Shown: positions 59,324 through 62,153 of the stretch, piece after piece
Layout: each line of letters starts with the position of its first letter
Numbering within the stretch: the stretch's first letter is position 1
The notes under the pieces: generated by a model
What the model was told of the DNA's origin: nothing
Seen by the model: only the letters and a program-made list of their open reading frames with translations
Databases searched by the model: none
Source of the DNA: Perkinsus chesapeaki ATCC PRA-425
Taxonomy: Eukaryota; Protista; Perkinsozoa
Length of the DNA stretch: 62,153 bases
Reading direction: 5' to 3'
NCBI GenBank assembly: GCA_013115145.1
Contig: JAAPAO010000149.1
Span: 1-62,153, forward strand
Translations under genes and position numbers: made by a program

Positions 59324-60433
59324 GCCTACCAGCTATTGCGCTTGGACAACGTTGGATTGTCGCTATGCTTCGGGCACGACCGTCGCGAGTGAGAAGAGTT
59401 AACTGGTAAACACAAGAAGTGTAGAGGTTATTGAAACCGATATGACAGTATCGAAATAGTAGGTGAACTAGTTGTTGATGTTTATAGTAGTAAGGATTAT
59501 GTACGAAATGATTCAATTTCGGTTATACCTCTACAATGACGACAAACGCTACCACCTACAATCGGCTTTCTACCCAAAAAATCCTGAGATCCCAGTTGCA
59601 AGATGCAACTCGAGACCGATACAGTTTCCCCATTATACATAAAATTACTAAGGCTGCCCAGTAGTGATGTGAATGACAATAGGATCACGGCAGCAGCAGA
59701 GCCACGGCTACCACAGAATCTCAATGACAGCTGAAATCGCACAGTAAGTGATGATATTATAGTACACGATATAATACACCAGATGGAGTGAGTTTATTGA
59801 GAATGCCAGGACGGCAGGACATACACATCGATAACAGCGACTCTGAATTTAGGGTGGCATGCTAGTTACTACTGCAACCACCTCAAACATTCTGAGCGTC
59901 TCGGTGCTGCCGCCCGAGTGTGGATCTACAGACGACGTTCATAGTATAACAACCTAATATGAGACGTTCACAGCAGAACTACAGGACTGACATTTGCCCA
60001 CGCTCGAGCCAACAGAAATTACGTCTAAGTGAGTGGCTCATTGGCAGCATCGGTAGTCGGCAACTCGGATTCTGAGGCCTTTCTGTTAGCGCCTCAGATC
60101 AAAGTGTCGCCGAGAAGCAGCGGCGGGGGGGGCAACAGATTATTATAGGTATTATAATGATATTGAAATGATGATCATGATGACATTATAGCAGCAACAG
60201 TGAAGATGGTAACAGTGGTGGTGCTAAGTTGTTGATAGTACAGCAAATGATAGTATAAAACTTGGATGATTCAGAACGTAAAGACACGTCTGATAATAAG
60301 CTGTTATCGAATAGGGTACCGGAAAGGAGAGGCCATCTCGAAGTTAGACGCAGCAGTTTTCGAGACAGCAATAATAATTAAAGTCATTTCAGAAGTCTCA
60401 CAGTTACACTACGCCAAACCGCTGGCAAGCTTC

Positions 60434-61815
60434 TTAGAGGACAAAGGAAGAGTGCGAGAACGGTGGGTTGGACCGATCATCGCGAACAACAGAAGGTGGC
60501 AGTCTGGAGGGTATGAAGTCATCGAAAGACAGTAAAGGAGACATCGCATTGGCGAACGGGGACTCTACTGATCTTCGATTTATCTGAGGAAAAACAGTAG
60601 TTGTAGACAAAGCTGCACAACAACGGCTAGTACCGAGTAATCGCCAGAATCAGAGGCTTTTCTAAGGCTCTTCGTCAAGACACTCTCCGGGTCGTCAGGT
60701 TTATCGCTACCGACACTGCTAGGACTACTATCCAACAAATTGCTGACCGAGTTGGCCAGCGCTGCCATGTGAGGATCTTCGTTAAGGTCATCGGTCGGAA
60801 GGCAACAGGGGCCTGCCTGCCTCTCAGGCGATCTTCGTTGCTCTGGAAGCTTCCAGGGCGATGGATCCTCATTAGTGCCACCATCTACCGAGTAGAATCT
60901 CTCGGACCTGTGAGGAGCCATGTATGGGACCACCGGTGCCGGGGGTCTCAAAGATGACATCATAAGGCCAGAGTCGGTATGGCTTCGGACTGTGCGGTTC
61001 TCTGGCTCCATATTCGGCGACGGTCGAGGGGACGGGGAACTATGCATCATCGAGCTTGGTGTCATAGATTGCGGTCGAGCTTCAGCCGGCATCACCTGGA
61101 CCTCCTGATCGTGTAGGACGTGGCGGCCAGCACCCAACGCAGCTCTGGCGGAGCGGACCTCACGAAAAGTGACGAAAGCGAAGCGTCTCTGAGCTCCAGT
61201 GGCCTTGTCCTTGGGAATGTAGACATCGGTTACTTCTCCAAAAGTATTAAAGTAAGTACGCAAGTCCATCCTCGTTGCATTATCCGGTACGTGTTTTACG
61301 AAAATTCTATCAGTGTTAACAGAATAGTCCGGGCGCGGTTGAGCCCTGGTGACAGTCAGTTGGGTACCCTCAACAACATGAGGGCGTTCTTGGTTCATAA
61401 CCTCCTCAAGTGACTGGCTGTCCTCGAAACATACATAGGCCACATTAGTTGCCGATTCTGGAAGATAGCAGTCTAATATCGGCCCATACCGGCTGAAGTA
61501 GTTGCAGACAGTCTCTCTCGAAGGGATCGGGCGATGTGGCGAGGCTCGGCAGTCCACTCGGCAGAATATCCGGAAGCCAGATCTCGAATTTGACCTTTTG
61601 CCTGTTGCAGAATGAGTCTGGCTTCCGCTACCTCCACCGCTTTGATACCCCATATCCGCCGGACCTCCGAAAGACACACTACGGGTCGGAGGGGAAGGCC
61701 AGCCCCCCGCGCTAGTACTAGGGCTGCCGACATACAAGGAGCCAATGCCGCCTGGGGTCGGCTCTGTGGTAGTTGATATGGTCCTCGGTGGACCTCTATT
61801 AGGTGGTGTGACCAT
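60434..61815 (-). CDS. RNA-binding protein with two RRMs (Musashi/HRP1-like); last exon tentative (stop at 60580 if unspliced)
   Basis: YFSRYGPILDC...VAYVCFE and RIFVKHVP...YFNTFGEVTDVYIPKD...RRFAFVTF. Confidence 0.88.
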
Positions 61816-62153
61816 GAAGGAGTCGCCGGGGCTCTTTGGTGGGAACGTTCCCGGGGAGTGCTGAAGACAGCAGGATTTCCCGTCTGCACGAGTGAGCCCG
61901 TTACTACCGAATCCACGTCAATTCCCGGAACACTATCAGTTGGGCGTCGGGTCTTCCTTACATCGGCTACCTTCGTTGGTGTTGCTGCTAGTGGAGTGTC
62001 GTCAGGGGTTCTCATTTATGAGAATTAAGATAACAAGACGGCTAATAGGGTCGCATGAGTTGGGTCGAGGCGAGCTAGAGTGTCACGTCACCGTGAAGAT
62101 GCATGAAGATTTCTTGAAGATTGCATGAAGAATGCAGGATGACAAACGGTTTC

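Noticed and set aside
60160-60295. ATGATGA...CTGA as a second snoRNA
   Set aside because: Lies in low-complexity atg/gat-rich sequence, probably the RRM 3' UTR, with no stem or guide
153-62128. Most short overlapping six-frame ORFs
   Set aside because: They are antisense or alternate-frame shadows of GC-rich exons, or exon-plus-intron read-throughs
62095-62140. gcatgaaga micro-repeats at the window end
   Set aside because: Too short and irregular, truncated by the window edge, and not CRISPR-like

Overview
Gene-dense eukaryotic nuclear DNA with many short GT-AG introns (mostly ~40-60 nt) and intergenic gaps often near 100 bp. The gene content (CDPK, EGF/TSP1 adhesin, front-end desaturase) and architecture fit a perkinsid alveolate such as Perkinsus; this is inferred, not database-checked. 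About 27 protein-coding genes lie in five same-strand blocks. Recognisable genes: IMP3, EDEM3-like GH47+PA mannosidase, nucleotide-sugar transporter, importin-9, IMPACT, Scc3/STAG, TEL2, transportin-SR, cytochrome-b5-fusion desaturase, three tandem aldo-keto reductases, a CDPK, a filamin-repeat protein, an EGF/TSP1 type-I membrane adhesin, threonine aldolase, an FNR-like oxidoreductase and a 2xRRM protein. No rRNA, intact tRNA, CRISPR array or autonomous transposon was found. Best unexplained signals: a ~273-bp non-coding direct repeat bracketing the intronless importin-9 gene, a very AT-rich insert in a CDPK intron (possible organellar DNA), a TRAP/MIC-like adhesin, and a mosaic AKR array. 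No clearly new biological system could be established from sequence alone. Exons were spliced by eye, so gene ends are approximate where stated.
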